A stretch of 34,660 nt of DNA from Macrostomum lignano (GCA_002269645.1 NIVC01003822.1:1-34660); one strand, 5' to 3'; numbered from the stretch's first letter, positions 1 through 13,270 are shown. Made by a program: numbers and translations. Notes: a model not told the origin generated them from the letters alone.

Positions 1-381
1 AAAAAGTTTCGGGTTTGAGAAGTTTCGGGTTTAGAAAGTTTTAGATTAGGAAAGTTTCGGGTCTGAGAAGTTTCGGATTAGGAAATTTTCGGGTTTGAGA
101 AGTTTCGGGTTTAGAAAGTTTCAGATTAGAAAAGTTTCGGGTTTGAGAAGTTTCGGATTAGGAAAGTTTCGGGTTTGAGAAGTTTCGGATTAGGAAAGTT
201 TCGGGTTTGAGAAGTTTCGGATTAGGAAAGTTTCGGGTTTGAGAAGTTTCAGATTAGGAAAGTTTCGGGTTTGAGAAGTTTCGGATTAAGAAAGTTTCGG
301 GTTTGAGAAGTTTCGGGCTTGGAAAAGTTTCGCGTTTGAGAAGTTTCGGGTTAGGAAATTTTCGGGTTTGAGAAGTTTCCG
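1..381. repeat. Minisatellite, 32-bp unit made of two 16-mers (AAGTTTCGGGTTTGAG / AAGTTTCGGATTAGGA), truncated by the window start
   Basis: About 12 tandem copies are visible. Confidence 0.95.
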
Positions 382-3221
382 GGTACTTAGAATTTGATGA
401 AATTTTGATATCTGTCTTGATGCATCAGCGTCCTGTCTATAACCTATAGGCTGCTTCGTGAAAACTTTCGTATTCAAACTCTTCCTCTCCCGGCAGCGAT
501 CGGTGATCCCAAATCCACTGGCAACTCCTGTATTTCTTGTACAGCGCTTGTAAATAATTGATTTTATTTCTTTCGTTTTTTGGATTCTTCAAAAAAGAGT
601 GCCCGCTTATAAAGCGTTGATTAAGCCGGTGCCAGGACCGACCTCGGGTTGAGGCGAAACAGGCAGCCAGCGGGACTGAGGGATTAATAACTTGTCTTAA
701 AAAAGCGAACAGGTGCGCTAAGGCAATGGGGGAGGGAGAAAGTGCGAAAGAAATCGTAGCCTCTTTAACTTCCTCCCTTCCAACTACACAGAAGATTCAT
801 TGCCTCCGCCTTCTAGTGGAAATGTTTTATCTCTGCGCGGTGCCCCTAGCGAGTTTCTATAAGGGAACTGGGACTGGGCCAGCAGGGCCAGGTGCGCGCC
901 TTTAAAAAGATTATTACTAAACCAGCAACTGGCGTCGCTGCACACCGATGGATGTGAGGCCTTTCTATCTTCCTTTCCCTCTCTCTTCTTGCCTCCCCGC
1001 CAACTATATACTACGATTGTAGCCCGGATTCCTCCCGAAATATCTTCTAGCTGCTTGCTGGGCTATATACACATTCCATCCATCCACCTGACCCGTTCCC
1101 GCATCGTTATCTCTCTCTCCCTCTCTCTCTCTCGCCAAGCCACGTCATTCCCCTCCCCCCAGCTTCCAGTAGCTCTTGAAGTTAGGCAGGTAGGCAGGTA
1201 TAGTTGACGGGGCGAGTGGAAGGTGTCGAAGGGGGGAGGGGAGGGGGGCAAAGTAAGTAAGCCAACCGACTGCTACCTGCTAAGGGAAATGGCAGAAGAG
1301 AGAGGAGGTGAGGGGAAGTTCGATGGTTGAAGCAGCGTGGGCGGTCTGGGAATTTAGGATATATTTCTTAGAATAGTTCCGTCAGCTTTTCTGACGAACG
1401 TATCAGTGAAGACTGCGTCGAATGAAAGTGAAAGAGGCGTTGGGGAGGTTTTGTATCAATCAATCCTACTAAGTATGTACTGTATATCATTTCGCAGTAA
1501 AGAGTGTTGCGAAGTTTGGGAGTGTGTAAAAACCTGCTCAGGGAGTTGGGCAATTATGACACATGGCGCACTATCTGCCTGGTGGCCTCGGAGCCTGCAT
1601 ACTTTCTCCCCTTGCTCCTCCCCTTATTCGCCCTGGGCTATAAACCTACCCCCCACTTCTGTCGGAAGGCTCCTAGGGACAAATTATTACTGATAATCCT
1701 TGTAGGACGGAATCGCTCCCCAAACCTGATTCCCAGGATTAGCCTCAGCTTCCTACTTGCCCCATGCCCTCATCCAATTCTGGGCTGATCCCCGTTGCCT
1801 TAAAAATAAACCGGAACCCCGGGGCCTGTTAAGGTTGGCAGCCAGTTTGTGTTGCTGCGATGTCATTATCCCATCGTAAAATTACTGCTGTGTGTTTTTT
1901 AACTTTACGCCGGCCAATTCTCTGAGATGATGGGGGGAGAGAGAGAGGGGGGGCAGGTTGCTTCTCCATCTGCCAGCTTCCTTAGTAATGAAACCTTGGG
2001 GCGAAAGTAAGTAGATTATGGTCTAGCAGATTGAAGTGGAGAGGAACTTATTGGTAGAGTTATATATACGCGCACACGCGCATAACCTGCAGCGGTACGC
2101 TTGGTAATTAAACCCATCAGTAAGGGAGTTGCAATAGAGAGAGAGAGAGAGAGAGACGAAACCAGGGGAAAGCTTTGTTAGAATTATATTAAGACTCAAG
2201 TTCCCAGCTGTGTGACTCCCCTGGCGCTCTTCTAGTACGGAGCCTTTTTTCTCTTTACTCTAACCCTAGAAAAAATGAGTCGAAAATAAGGCTGGCCGGC
2301 TCTCTCTCTCTCTCTTTCTTTTAAGAGAATCGACAAACTCATCAATTACCAACTAGTCTCACTAGCTCACTCACTCACTTTCACTCACTCATTCTCTCTT
2401 TCTCTCTTTGCATATCTCGCCCGCCTAAAACTCTTGGTACTGAGTGTGTGTGTGTGTGCGCTCTGGCATCTCTTACAACCAACCGCGCGGCGGCCTCCGC
2501 CTTAACTGAGTCATCTCCCTCTTCCCCTCCTTCCCCCATTCATTCTATAGCTCTTGTTGTTTCTGCTCAAGCTCCAAGCTTTAGTTAGTATATATACATG
2601 TATATTGTATGCTTCACCGTCCGCCTACACACACACACACACACACACGATCCCTGCCGATGCAAGCTGTGCAGTTTGGCGTCAAAAGAGTATGGCACAG
2701 GGGAGAGAGTGTGCTCTGTCTCCCTGCTTGCTTCTCTAACCTCAACTCACCTTATACTGTAGGTGTATTCTTGACGAAAACTAGCAGCCTTCAAAATTTT
2801 TAATTTTTAAACCAGAGCAAATTGCTATGAAGTATTCAGCCCCCTTGTTGAGGGAAGGGAGATAGAGGGAAAGCTCTTTACTTCATATATCAGCATCCCA
2901 CCTTGAGCAACTATGAGGAAAAAATTAGTAGACCGACTTTCGTCTACGCTTAAAGTAATAACATAACGATAATAGCAATAGTAATAACTATTAAGCCAGT
3001 TCCGGTATAAAATGTTGCAAAATATTTTTGATTGATGGCCTGTTATATATTGCTGTGCAGATCTTGATAGGAAGATCCGATGGAAATTGAGGGGCTTCCG
3101 GACCAATCCTTGTTGCAGATAAGATGACAAAAAGAAACTTTTTTGCTTGCTTGTGTGTGAGAAGCGAACTTTTCATTTCTTTTGACGTAGCTGGTTTCTG
3201 AGTTCCTACCAGTTAATGATA

Positions 3222-6200
3222 GGGGAACAGAGTGTGTAAAGGGAACAGAAAGGGGGAATCAGGAGAACAGAATCGGAGAATCAGAGGAACAGAAAGAGGG
3301 AATCAGGGGAACAGAAAGGGGGAATCAGGGGAACAGAATGGGGAATCAGGGGAACAGAATCGGAGAATCAGGGGAACAGAAAGAGGGAATCAGGGGAACA
3401 GAAAGGGGGAATCAGGGGAACAGAATGGGGAATCAGGGGAACAGAATGGGGAATCAGGGGAACAGAATGGGGAATCTGGGGAACAGAATGGGGAATCTGG
3501 GGAACAGAGAGGGGGAATCAGGGGAACAGAAAGGGGAATCAGGGGAACAGAAAAGGAGAAGAATCAGGGGAACAGAAAGGGAGAAGAATCAGGGGAACAG
3601 AAAATGGGAATCAGGGGAACAGAAAGGGGAATCAGGGGAACAGAAAGGGAGAAGAATCAGGGGAACAGAAAATGGGAATCAGGGGAACAGAAAGGGGAAT
3701 CAGGGGAACAGAAAGGGGAATCAGGGGAACAGAAAGGGGAATCAGGGGAACAGAAAGAGGGAATTAGGGGAACAGAAAGGGGAATCAGGGGAACAGAAAG
3801 GGGAATCAGGGGAACAGAAAGGGGAATCAGGGGAACAGAATGGGGAATCTGGGGAACAGAGAGGGGGAATCAGGGGAACAGAATGGGGAATCAGGGGAAC
3901 AGAATGGGGAATCAGGGGAACAGAATCGGAGAATCAGGGGAACAGAAAGAGGGAATCAGGGGAACAGAAAGGGGGAATCAGGGGAACAGAATGGGGAATC
4001 AGGGGAACAGAATGGGGAATCTGGGGAACAGAATGGGGAATCTGGGGAACAGAATGGGGAATCTGGGGAACAGAGAGGGGGAATCAGGGGAACAGAAAGG
4101 GGAATCAGGGGAACAGAAAGGGGAATCAGGGGAACAGAAAAGGAGAAGAATCAGGGGAACAGAAAGGGAGAAGAATCAGGGGAACAGAAAATGGGAATCA
4201 GGGGAACAGAAAGGGGAATCAGGGGAACAGAATGGGGAATCAGGGGAACAGAAAGAAGGAATCAGGGGAACAGAAAGGGGAATCAGGGGAACAGAATGGG
4301 GAATCTGGGGAACAGAAAGGGAGAAGAATCAGGGGAACAGAATGGGGAATCAGGGGAACAGAAAGAGGGAATCAGGGGAACAGAATGGGGAATCTGGGGA
4401 ACAGAATGGGGAATCTGGGGAACAGAATGGGGAATCAGGGGAACAGAAAGAGGGAATCAGGGGAACAGAATGGGGAATCAGGGGAACAGAAAGGGGGAAT
4501 CAGGGGAACAGAATGGGGAATCAGGGGAACAGAATCGGAGAATCAGGGGAACAGAAAGAGGGAATCAGGGGAACAGAAAGGGGAATCAGGGGAACAGAAA
4601 AGGAGAAGAATCAGGGGAACAGAAAGAGGGAATCAGGGGAACAGAAAGGGGGAATCAGGGGAACAGAATGGGGAATCAGGGGAACAGAATGGGGAATCAG
4701 GGGAACAGAAAGGGGAATCAGGGGAACAGAAAGAGGGAATCAGGGGAACAGAATGGGGAATCAGGGGAACAGAAAGGGGGAATCAGGGGAACAGAATGGG
4801 GAATCAGGGGAACAGAATCGGAGAATCAGGGGAACAGAAAGAGGGAATCAGGGGAACAGAAAGGGGAATCAGGGGAACAGAATGGGGAATCAGGGGAACA
4901 GAATGGGGAATCAGGGGAACAGAATGGGGAATCTGGGGAACAGAATGGGGAATCTGGGGAACAGAATGGGGAATCTGGGGAACAGAAAGGGGAATCAGGG
5001 GAACAGAAAAGGAGAAGAATCAGGGGAACAGAAAGGGAGAAGAATCAGGGGAACAGAAAATGGGAATCAGGGGAACAGAAAGGGGAATCAGGGGAACAGA
5101 AAGGGGAATCAGGGGAACAGAAAATGGGAATCAGGGGAACAGAAAGGGGAATCAGGGGAACAGAAAGGGGAATCAGGGGAACAGAAAGGGGAATCAGGGG
5201 AACAGAAAGAGGGAATCAGGGGAACAGAAAGGGGAATCAGGGGAACAGAAAGGGGAATCAGGGGAACAGAAAGGGGAATCAGGGGAACAGAATGGGGAAT
5301 CTGGGAAAAAGAGAGGGGGAATCAGGGGAACAGAAAGGGGAATCAGGGGAACAGAATGGGGAATCAGGGGAACAGAATCGGAGAATCAGGGGAACAGAAA
5401 GAGGGAATCAGGGGAACAGAAAGGGGGAATCAGGGGAACAGAATGGGGAATCAGGGGAACAGAATGGGGAATCTGGGGAACAGAATGGGGAATCTGGGGA
5501 ACAGAGAGGGGGAATCAGGGGAACAGAAAGGGGAATCAGGGGAACAGAAAGGGGAATCAGGGGAACAGAAAAGGAGAATAATCAGGGGAACAGAAAGGGA
5601 GAAGAATCAGGGGAACAGAATGGGGAATCAGGGGAACAGAAAGAGGGAATCAGGGGAACAGAATGGGGAATCTGGGGAACAGAATGGGGAATCTGGGGAA
5701 CAGAATGGGGAATCAGGGGAACAGAAAGGGGAATCAGGGGAACAGAAAAGGAGAAGAATCAGGGGAACAGAAAGAGGGAATCAGGGGAACAGAAAGGGGG
5801 AATCAGGGGAACAGAATGGGGAATCAGGGGAACAGAATGGGGAATCAGGGGAACAGAAAGGGGAATCAGGGGAACAGAAAGAGGGAATCAGGGGAACAGA
5901 ATGGGGAATCAGGGGAACAGAAAGGGGGAATCAGGGGAACAGAAAATGGGAATCAGGGGAACAGAAAGGGAGAAGAATCAGGGGAACAGAAAATGGGAAT
6001 CAGGGGAACAGAAAGGGAGAAGAATCAGGGGAACAGAAAATGGGAATCAGGGGAACAGAAAGGGAGAAGAATCAGGAGAACAGAAAGGGAGAAGAATCAG
6101 GGGAACAGAAAGGGGGAATCAGGGGAGCAGAAAGGGGAATCAGGGGAACAGAAAATGGGAATCAGAGGAGCAGAAAGGGGAATCAGGGTAACAGAAAATG

Positions 6201-6226
6201 GGAATCAGGGGAACAGAAAAGGGGAA
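3222..6226. repeat. About 3-kb purine-rich minisatellite, 21-24-bp variant units (GGGGAATCAGGGGAACAGAAA/T)
   Basis: On the order of 135 tandem variant units; the + strand is almost free of stop codons in all frames. Confidence 0.97.
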
Positions 6227-6831
6227 CGATAACGAAGGATTAGGACTTAATGATCCGTTTAAAATGCCGTTCCCTATAGATAAAATCCACTGGCCAACTG
6301 CAGTTCTACTTCGATATTCAACCTGTCTGTCTGTCTGCCCGTCCATCTACAAATGCAGCCGTATATTTCTGGAATCGAAAGGAATTGATGCATAACTTCG
6401 GGTTACAATTTGTACATACACACTATATAGAGATTATTTCTTAGGCTTATTTGGTTAGAGTTAGAATACAGATAGGTTTTAGTAGGAGATTAGTTAGAGG
6501 AAAGACAGCGCACCTGTTTCACTTCGGACAAGAAGATGGATTGGGATTTTACGACTCGGAATTGTATTTACGAATATCGAATGCCCCGAGCCCCCGACAG
6601 AACCTCTGCTTCCCTTGGATTCTCTGTGTGCTGGCTGCTGTAAATGGGCGAGTGGAGCTGCAGATTAAAGGGAAAACCCGCTGCGCCCTCCTTCCATCTT
6701 GCCCTCCCACCCCCTCCTGGCTGCAGACTATCCCACGCTCTCTGGTCCTCTTTTTCCAATTTTATCTGCCTTATCTGGTGTCCGTTAACGGTAGAACTAT
6801 ACATGCCCTGGAACTGCAGCACTGCTAGTAG

Positions 6832-8118
6832 AACTATGAGCTACTAGTAGAACTGAGGAACTACTAGAACTACTACTAGTAGAACTGAGGAACTACTAGA
6901 ACCACTACTAGTAGAAGTGAGGAACTACTAGAACTACTACTAGTAGAACTGAGGAACTACTAGAACTACTACTAGTAGAAGTGAGGAACTACTAGAACTA
7001 CTACTAGTAGAACTGAGGAACTACTAGAACTACTACTAGTAGAACTGAGGAACTACTAGAACTACTACTAGTAGAACTAAGGAACTACTAGAACCACTAC
7101 TAGTAGAAGTGAGGAACTACTAGAACTACTACTAGTAGAACTGAGGAACTACTAGAACCACTACTAGTAGAACTGAGGAACTACTAGAACTACTACTAGT
7201 AGAAGTGAGGAACTACTAGAACTACTACTAGTAGAACTAAGGAACTACTAGAACCACTACTAGTAGAAGTGAGGAACTACTAGAACTACTACTAGTAGAA
7301 CTGAGGAACTACTAGAACTACTACTAGTAGAAGTGAGGAACTACTAGAACTACTACTAGTAGAACTGAGGAACTACTAGAACTACTACTAGTAGAACTGA
7401 GGAACTACTAGAACTACTACTAGTAGAACTGAGGAACTACTAGAACTACTACTAGTAGAACTGAGGAAATTACTAGAACTACTACTAGTAGAACTGAGGA
7501 ACTACTAGAACTACTACTAGTAGAACTGAGGAACTTACTAGAACTACTACTAGTAGAACTGAGGAAATTACTAGAACTACTACTAGTAGAACTGAGGAAC
7601 TACTAGAACTACTACTAGTAGAACTGAGGAACTACTAGAACTACTACTAGTAGAACTGAGGAAATTACTAGAACTACTACTAGTAGAACTGAGGAACTAC
7701 TAGAACTACTACTAGTAGAACTGAGGAACTTACTAGAACTACTACTAGTAGAACTGAGGAAATTACTAGAACTACTACTAGTAGAACTGAGGAACTACTA
7801 GAACTACTACTAGTAGAACTGAGGAACTACTAGAACTACTACTAGTAGAACTGAGGAACTACTAGAACTACTACTAGTAGAACTGAGGAACTACTAGAAC
7901 TACTACTAGTAGAACTGAGGAACTACTAGAACTACTACTAGTAGAACTGAGGAACTACTAGAACTACTACTAGTAAAACTGAGGAACTACTAGAACTACT
8001 ACTAGTAGAACTGAGGAACTACTAGAACTACTACTAGTAGAACTGAGGAACTACTAGATCTACTACTAGTAGAACTGCGGAACTACTAGAACTATTACTA
8101 GTGGAACTGAGGAACTAC
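6832..8118. repeat. Minisatellite, 32-bp unit AACTGAGGAACTACTAGAACTACTACTAGTAG
   Basis: About 40 copies, each with the 10-bp palindrome CTACTAGTAG. Confidence 0.97.
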
Positions 8119-8466
8119 TAATATTTAAGCTGTAGGGATAGGCTCTCATCTAGTGTGTTCACCTTCCTATACAGCGAGTAAAAATTGGCAATGGAGAAGA
8201 AAAACATTTCTTAACTACGGACGTTTATAATAGGACCCACCTGATAATGCGATTCTAATGTACATCTGATTCCCTCGTGTCCTTAACTAATTTATTTTAA
8301 CTGCTTTTATCTCGTTTCCCAACGGTTTATTATGATTATTTAATTTATTCCCTCCCCCCATCGCGGATTCCCTTATAGACTTTGCAATAGTCCGCAATAA
8401 CTGCCAAGCTATGACTAACCGGCTGGCCTCAGGGGTTCGCGGGCAGAAACAGGTGGGTTGATCGAA

Positions 8467-8497
<31 letters not shown>

Positions 8498-8626
8498 TAG
8501 ACGAGAGAGAGAGGGGAGAGAGAGATAGATAGATTCCGCAGTCGATAAACAGACACCCCTGATGCGAGCGTAGCCATAGTTAGACTGGAACTGCAAGCGG
8601 TAGAGCTGCTGCAGGGAGCTAGAGCA

Positions 8627-8664
<38 letters not shown>

Positions 8665-9046
8665 TCGGACCTGGGCCGCCGCCGCCAAGTGAAGATAAAC
8701 TGGGTAGTCAAACCGACGATCCTGGCATTCTCCGCGATTTTACACCACTCTCTTCCTCTCACGCCCGCCCCCCTCCACCCGATGTAGGTTTTTGGCGTCC
8801 CACTGGAAATCTTCTTCTAGGGCTTTGGTGGTAATTTTTCCTAGGGGAATGTCTGTATATCCTTTTCCTCTCCTAATTCCCAATACCTGCCTTCCCAGAC
8901 TCTCCCACTTCGTTGATTTGGATTTGACAGCTCTGATTGCCATTTTAATAGTTTTCAATAGAATTGAATCGCTGGTTAGGAATTCTTCCCGGGAAGAATT
9001 CCCCTTCCTCCCAATTTGTTCATTTTAAGCATAAATTCTAACTCCC

Positions 9047-10330
9047 GTTTCACACAGTTTCCACTTTCACACAGTCTCCTTTTCACACAGTCTATACTTT
9101 CACACAGTCTCCTTTTCACACAGTCTCCTTTTCACACAGTCTCCTTTTCACACAGTCTCCTTTTCACACAGTCTCCTTTTCACACAGTCTCCTTTTCACA
9201 CAGTCTCCACTTTCACACAGTCTCCACTTTCACACAGTCTCCTTTTCACACAGTCTCCTTTTCACACAGTCTCCACTTTCACACAGTCTCCTTTTCACAC
9301 AGTCTCCTTTTCACACAGTCTCCACTTTCACACAGTCTCCTTTTCACACAGTCTCCACTTTCACACAGTCTCCACTTTCACACAGTCTCCTTTTCACACA
9401 GTCTCCTTTTCACACAGTCTCCACTTTCACACAGTCTCCACTTTCACACAGTCTCCACTTTCACACAGTCTCCTTTTCACACAGTCTCCTTTTCACACAG
9501 TCTCCACTTTCACACAGTCTCCTTTTCACACAGTCTCCACTTTCACACAGTCTCCACTTTCACACAGTCTCCTTTTCACACAGTCTCCTTTTCACACAGT
9601 CTCCTTTTCACACAGTCTCCTTTTCACACAGTCTCCATTTTCACACAGTCTCCTTTTCACACAGTCTCCTTTTCACACAGTCTCCTTTTCACACAGTCTC
9701 CTTTTCACACAGTCTCCACTTTCACACAGTCTCCTTTTCACACAGTCTCCTTTTCACACAGTCTCCACTTTCACACAGTCTCCTTTTCACACAGTCTCCT
9801 TTTCACACAGTCTCCTTTTCACACAGTCTCCACTTTCACACAGTCTCCTTTTCACACAGTCTCCTTTTCACACAGTCTCCACTTTCACACAGTCTCCTTT
9901 TCACACAGTCTCCTTTTCACACAGTCTCCACTTTCACACAGTCTCCTTTTCACACAGTCTCCACTTTCACACAGTCTATACTTTCACACAGTCTCCTTTT
10001 CACACAGTCTCCTTTTCACACAGTCTCCTTTTCACACAGTCTCCTTTTCACACAGTCTCCTTTTCACACAGTCTCCTTTTCACACAGTCTCCACTTTCAC
10101 ACAGTCTCCTTTTCACACAGTCTCCTTTTCACACAGTCTCCTTTTCACACAGTCTCCACTTTCACACAGTCTCCACTTGCACACAGTCTCCCCTTTTGAC
10201 ACAGTCTTCCTTTTACACAGTCTCCACTTTCACACAGTCTCCTTTTCGCACAGTCTTCCCTTCACACAGTTTCCCTTTCATACAGTCTTCCCTTTAACAC
10301 ATTTTCTTTTTCACACAGTATCCCCTTTCA
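9047..10330. repeat. Minisatellite, 16/17-bp variant units CACACAGTCTCCTTTT / CACACAGTCTCCACTTT
   Basis: About 75 copies; the 3' end degenerates into unique sequence. Confidence 0.97.
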
Positions 10331-11084
10331 AAAAATCTCCCTTTTCTGACAATCTCCCTTTTCACATCGCCTCTTTTCTCACACCGTCTCAATTCACACA
10401 TGTTTCCTTGTCACACCCTCCCTTCTCTTCTCTACCCTCCCCTGCCACTACAGTTCCGACTACTCACTATTTTAACAATTAATATTCATGCCCATAACCC
10501 AGTGCTGCATTTCTATTGCTACCGCTTACTAAACTGCTTGCCAAGTTTCTTAGCTTCGTATATAAGTCAAACAATACATTATTCAGCATATCTAGCGTAT
10601 GTTAGCACAATATGAAAGACCAAATCTCGAAATGCTGAGAATCTCAGATGGATCCCTTGTTTTTTAATGGAGTTCAGCTCCCACAGTATGATCGAGTTAT
10701 TAATCAGACTGAATTTCTAGAAATGGAAGTCTTGGTCAAGTTCAGCTGGGCGCATGCAGTGAAAGTGCGAATCCGCTTGAAGGCACAGAATAAGAGTCTA
10801 TTTTGATCGATAAGTATTGATTTTTACAAGCTAGAATCCTTTGATCTTTAGCGCGGACTGTTGTTTGCTTCCACTGGCCTCCCCTCTGTCTCGATTTCTA
10901 AACTGGCGCAACTTCAAATATCTTTTCAGTCAGAGCTCACGAGGTCCCAATTGCTCTGTCATTGCCATTGAATCTTGGGCTTGAGCACTTCTCTGTTTGA
11001 AGATGAGAAACTAAGATAGCGTCAGGGTTGTGCCTATCTAGCCCTCTGTTGCAGCCTTGATTCTGCATGCTGGCTTTCTTCCGC

Positions 11085-11490
11085 CACTTCTCTCTCCGTC
11101 TTCTCTCCCTTCTCTCTGTCTCTCTCTCCCTCTCGCTCTCTCCTCTCCCCTCTCTACCTCTCCCTCTCTTCCCCTGTTTCATCTCCCTCTTCTTTCTCTC
11201 TTTCTCTCTCTCCCTCCCCTCTACCTCTCCCTCTATCCCCTCTTCCATCTCTCTCCCTTTCTCTCTCCCCCCTCTCTCTCTTTCTCTCCCCTCTACCTCT
11301 CCCTCTATCCCCTCTTCCATCTCTCTCCCTTTCTCTCTCCCCCCTCTCTCTCTTTCTCTCCCCTCTACCTCTCCCTCTATCCCCTCTTCCATCTCTCTCC
11401 CTTTCTCTCTCCCCCCCTCTCTTCCCCTCTCCCTTAATCCCGCGCTGCCTCTCACCCCACTCTCCCTCTCACCCCACTCTCCCTCCCTTT
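11085..11490. repeat. Polypyrimidine (CT-rich) tract containing three copies of a 72-bp unit
   Basis: CTACCTCTCC recurs at 11221, 11293 and 11365. Confidence 0.9.
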
Positions 11491-12279
11491 TCTCTTATTC
11501 TCGTTACTTTCTGTCATCCTGAGAACTGGCTACGCTCATAAAATCGCGCAACTAGCTCAGAGGCGATCAGGTGTGAACCTAAAAACTCAATACTGGTCTT
11601 TTACCTTTGACTCTACCTTAATCATTAATTCTGTTCTGCAGTTGGTGAGGAGGCTCTGTGTTGTCACGCAGTGCTTTAACACAATTGTCTGCCTGACAGG
11701 CGTTAGGCGCTGGCGTTCAGGCCGCTCAACTGAGGACACGTTTATGCAGTTTAGTTGGGCATTTTTTCAATTCCCCTCCACTCACACCGCGTGCACTGAA
11801 TTCTTTTCGGCAAGGAGACAGAGAGAGAGAGAGTTGTTCCTTCACACGCGCCCTTTCCCTCGCCTCCGTTTCTTTTCCTGCTCCCCAGAACTTGTCAACC
11901 CCCACCCCCTACAATTGTTGGGCTCAACTTTTCCTTATTATTTGCAAGTTGCCATTCATCAAGCTGTTTTAGTTAGCTTGCTTGCCTGTACTTTGACAGG
12001 ACTTAGGCATGGCTACTGTATGCGCTGGTTGAAGCATTGACCGCCTTGGAGACCATTTTTTACCAATTTTCTACTAACTGAGTTCTACTACCTTAAATAG
12101 AAAAAGAATTGTTTGAGTCAATGCGAACGCGACATTGCTACTTTAGTAGTGCGTTTCGAATGCAAATCAGTGGGGTAGATGTAATGAGCTCGATCGAGGC
12201 CTGAGACTTCTCGAAGTCCTAATTCTCACATGCACGCACACCGCTTTCGCGTTTGAAAAGGGAAAGTTCCTGTCCTGTC

Positions 12280-12281
<2 letters not shown>

Positions 12282-12328
<47 letters not shown>
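12282..12328. repeat. (AG)n microsatellite
   Basis: About 23 AG units. Confidence 0.95.
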
Positions 12329-12332
<4 letters not shown>

Positions 12333-13126
12333 CACACGCGGGACAAAATCTTCTTTCGACTGGACCTACCAGATCGTTTTATTGCCGCAGCTGCGAGCTG
12401 AAGCAAGGAGGCCGAGAGCCAAAGTTTGGACTAGCAACTCTTTATCAAACCATTTTCCCAGTTTTCAGACAAGTGTAGGTAGGCTTTCCTGTAAACTTCG
12501 GTTCAATTGCAGTTTGACATTCGACAAAGCTGTTCGAGGATTAAAAAAACTTTTATGCATCACCATTTTTTATTTCTAGTCACAAACAGTAGCTTTTAGC
12601 TGAGTTTATTGCTCAGAATGCAATAATTAGTCACTTAAATATTAGGGGAGAAAACTCCCTTATTGCCTGTGGTGTAAACTGCATAACTGCAGTCAGCCTG
12701 TACTTGTCTTGACACTGGAGAGCTTATAGTGGAGTTGTCAATCCAGACTCTGGCTCCAAGTCACCTTGGCTGAGCTGAGCAAGCAATTTACAGAACGAGA
12801 GCAAGCAAGCAGCGCTAGAAAGCAAACTAACCTGAAAGCAGAAAAGAAATCTTTCAAACTTTTCCGGAGTTACGGAGTGAAAGAGGACAAGCAGAAATTA
12901 AGAATCTTACTAAGAGAAACAATTGGCTGAGCCTACAACAACAAGAAGAACAGCAAGAAAAAGAAAACGTTTTTTTCTTCTTTCAATCTCACATTCAGAG
13001 TAGACTCAGCTGCGTCAGTTAGCCATATACGGTACAGTAATGGCTATGGCGTGCATTTCCACGACTGCCTGAGCAAGCTTACACGTAGCCCCTCCCTCCC
13101 CTTCCCTCTGTCAGCGCGTGTCGAAC

Positions 13127-13153
13127 GGGCGGTATTTAAAAAAGCATATATAA
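13127..13153 (+). promoter_or_regulatory. Candidate core promoter: GC box GGGCGG followed by TATTTAAA and TATATAA
   Basis: Motifs at 13127-13132, 13133-13140 and 13147-13153, about 120-140 nt upstream of ATG 13271. Motif match only. Confidence 0.3.
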
Positions 13154-13270
13154 GTTTATGCTCGAAAGAATGAAAATTCTCTTCTTAAGTCGCTCTAAGT
13201 TCGGTGCTAATATAATAATACTCGTTAGAAACTATACTGATCCCAGCCTGACTGACTGACGGACTGTCAG

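Noticed and set aside
1-381. Telomere or subtelomere (GGGTTT/GGGTTAG words at the window edge)
   Set aside because: No TTAGGG-type tandem run. It is a 32-bp minisatellite and the window edge is arbitrary.
3232-6243. 1003-, 747- and 783-aa overlapping ORFs (GNQGNRK / GESGEQK / GIRGTER)
   Set aside because: All three frames are open because the unit lacks stop codons. The peptide motif switches frame whenever the unit length is not a multiple of 3, which shows no selection on a reading frame. No splice link to a gene.
9047-10330. RAG-type RSS heptamer (CACAGTC resembles CACAGTG)
   Set aside because: One mismatch, no nonamer at 12/23 spacing and no Transib/RAG-like ORF.
9016-10482. 488-aa ORF (FTQSPFHTVSFSHSL repeats)
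   Set aside because: Translation of a 16/17-bp minisatellite with constant frame drift; starts at TTG.
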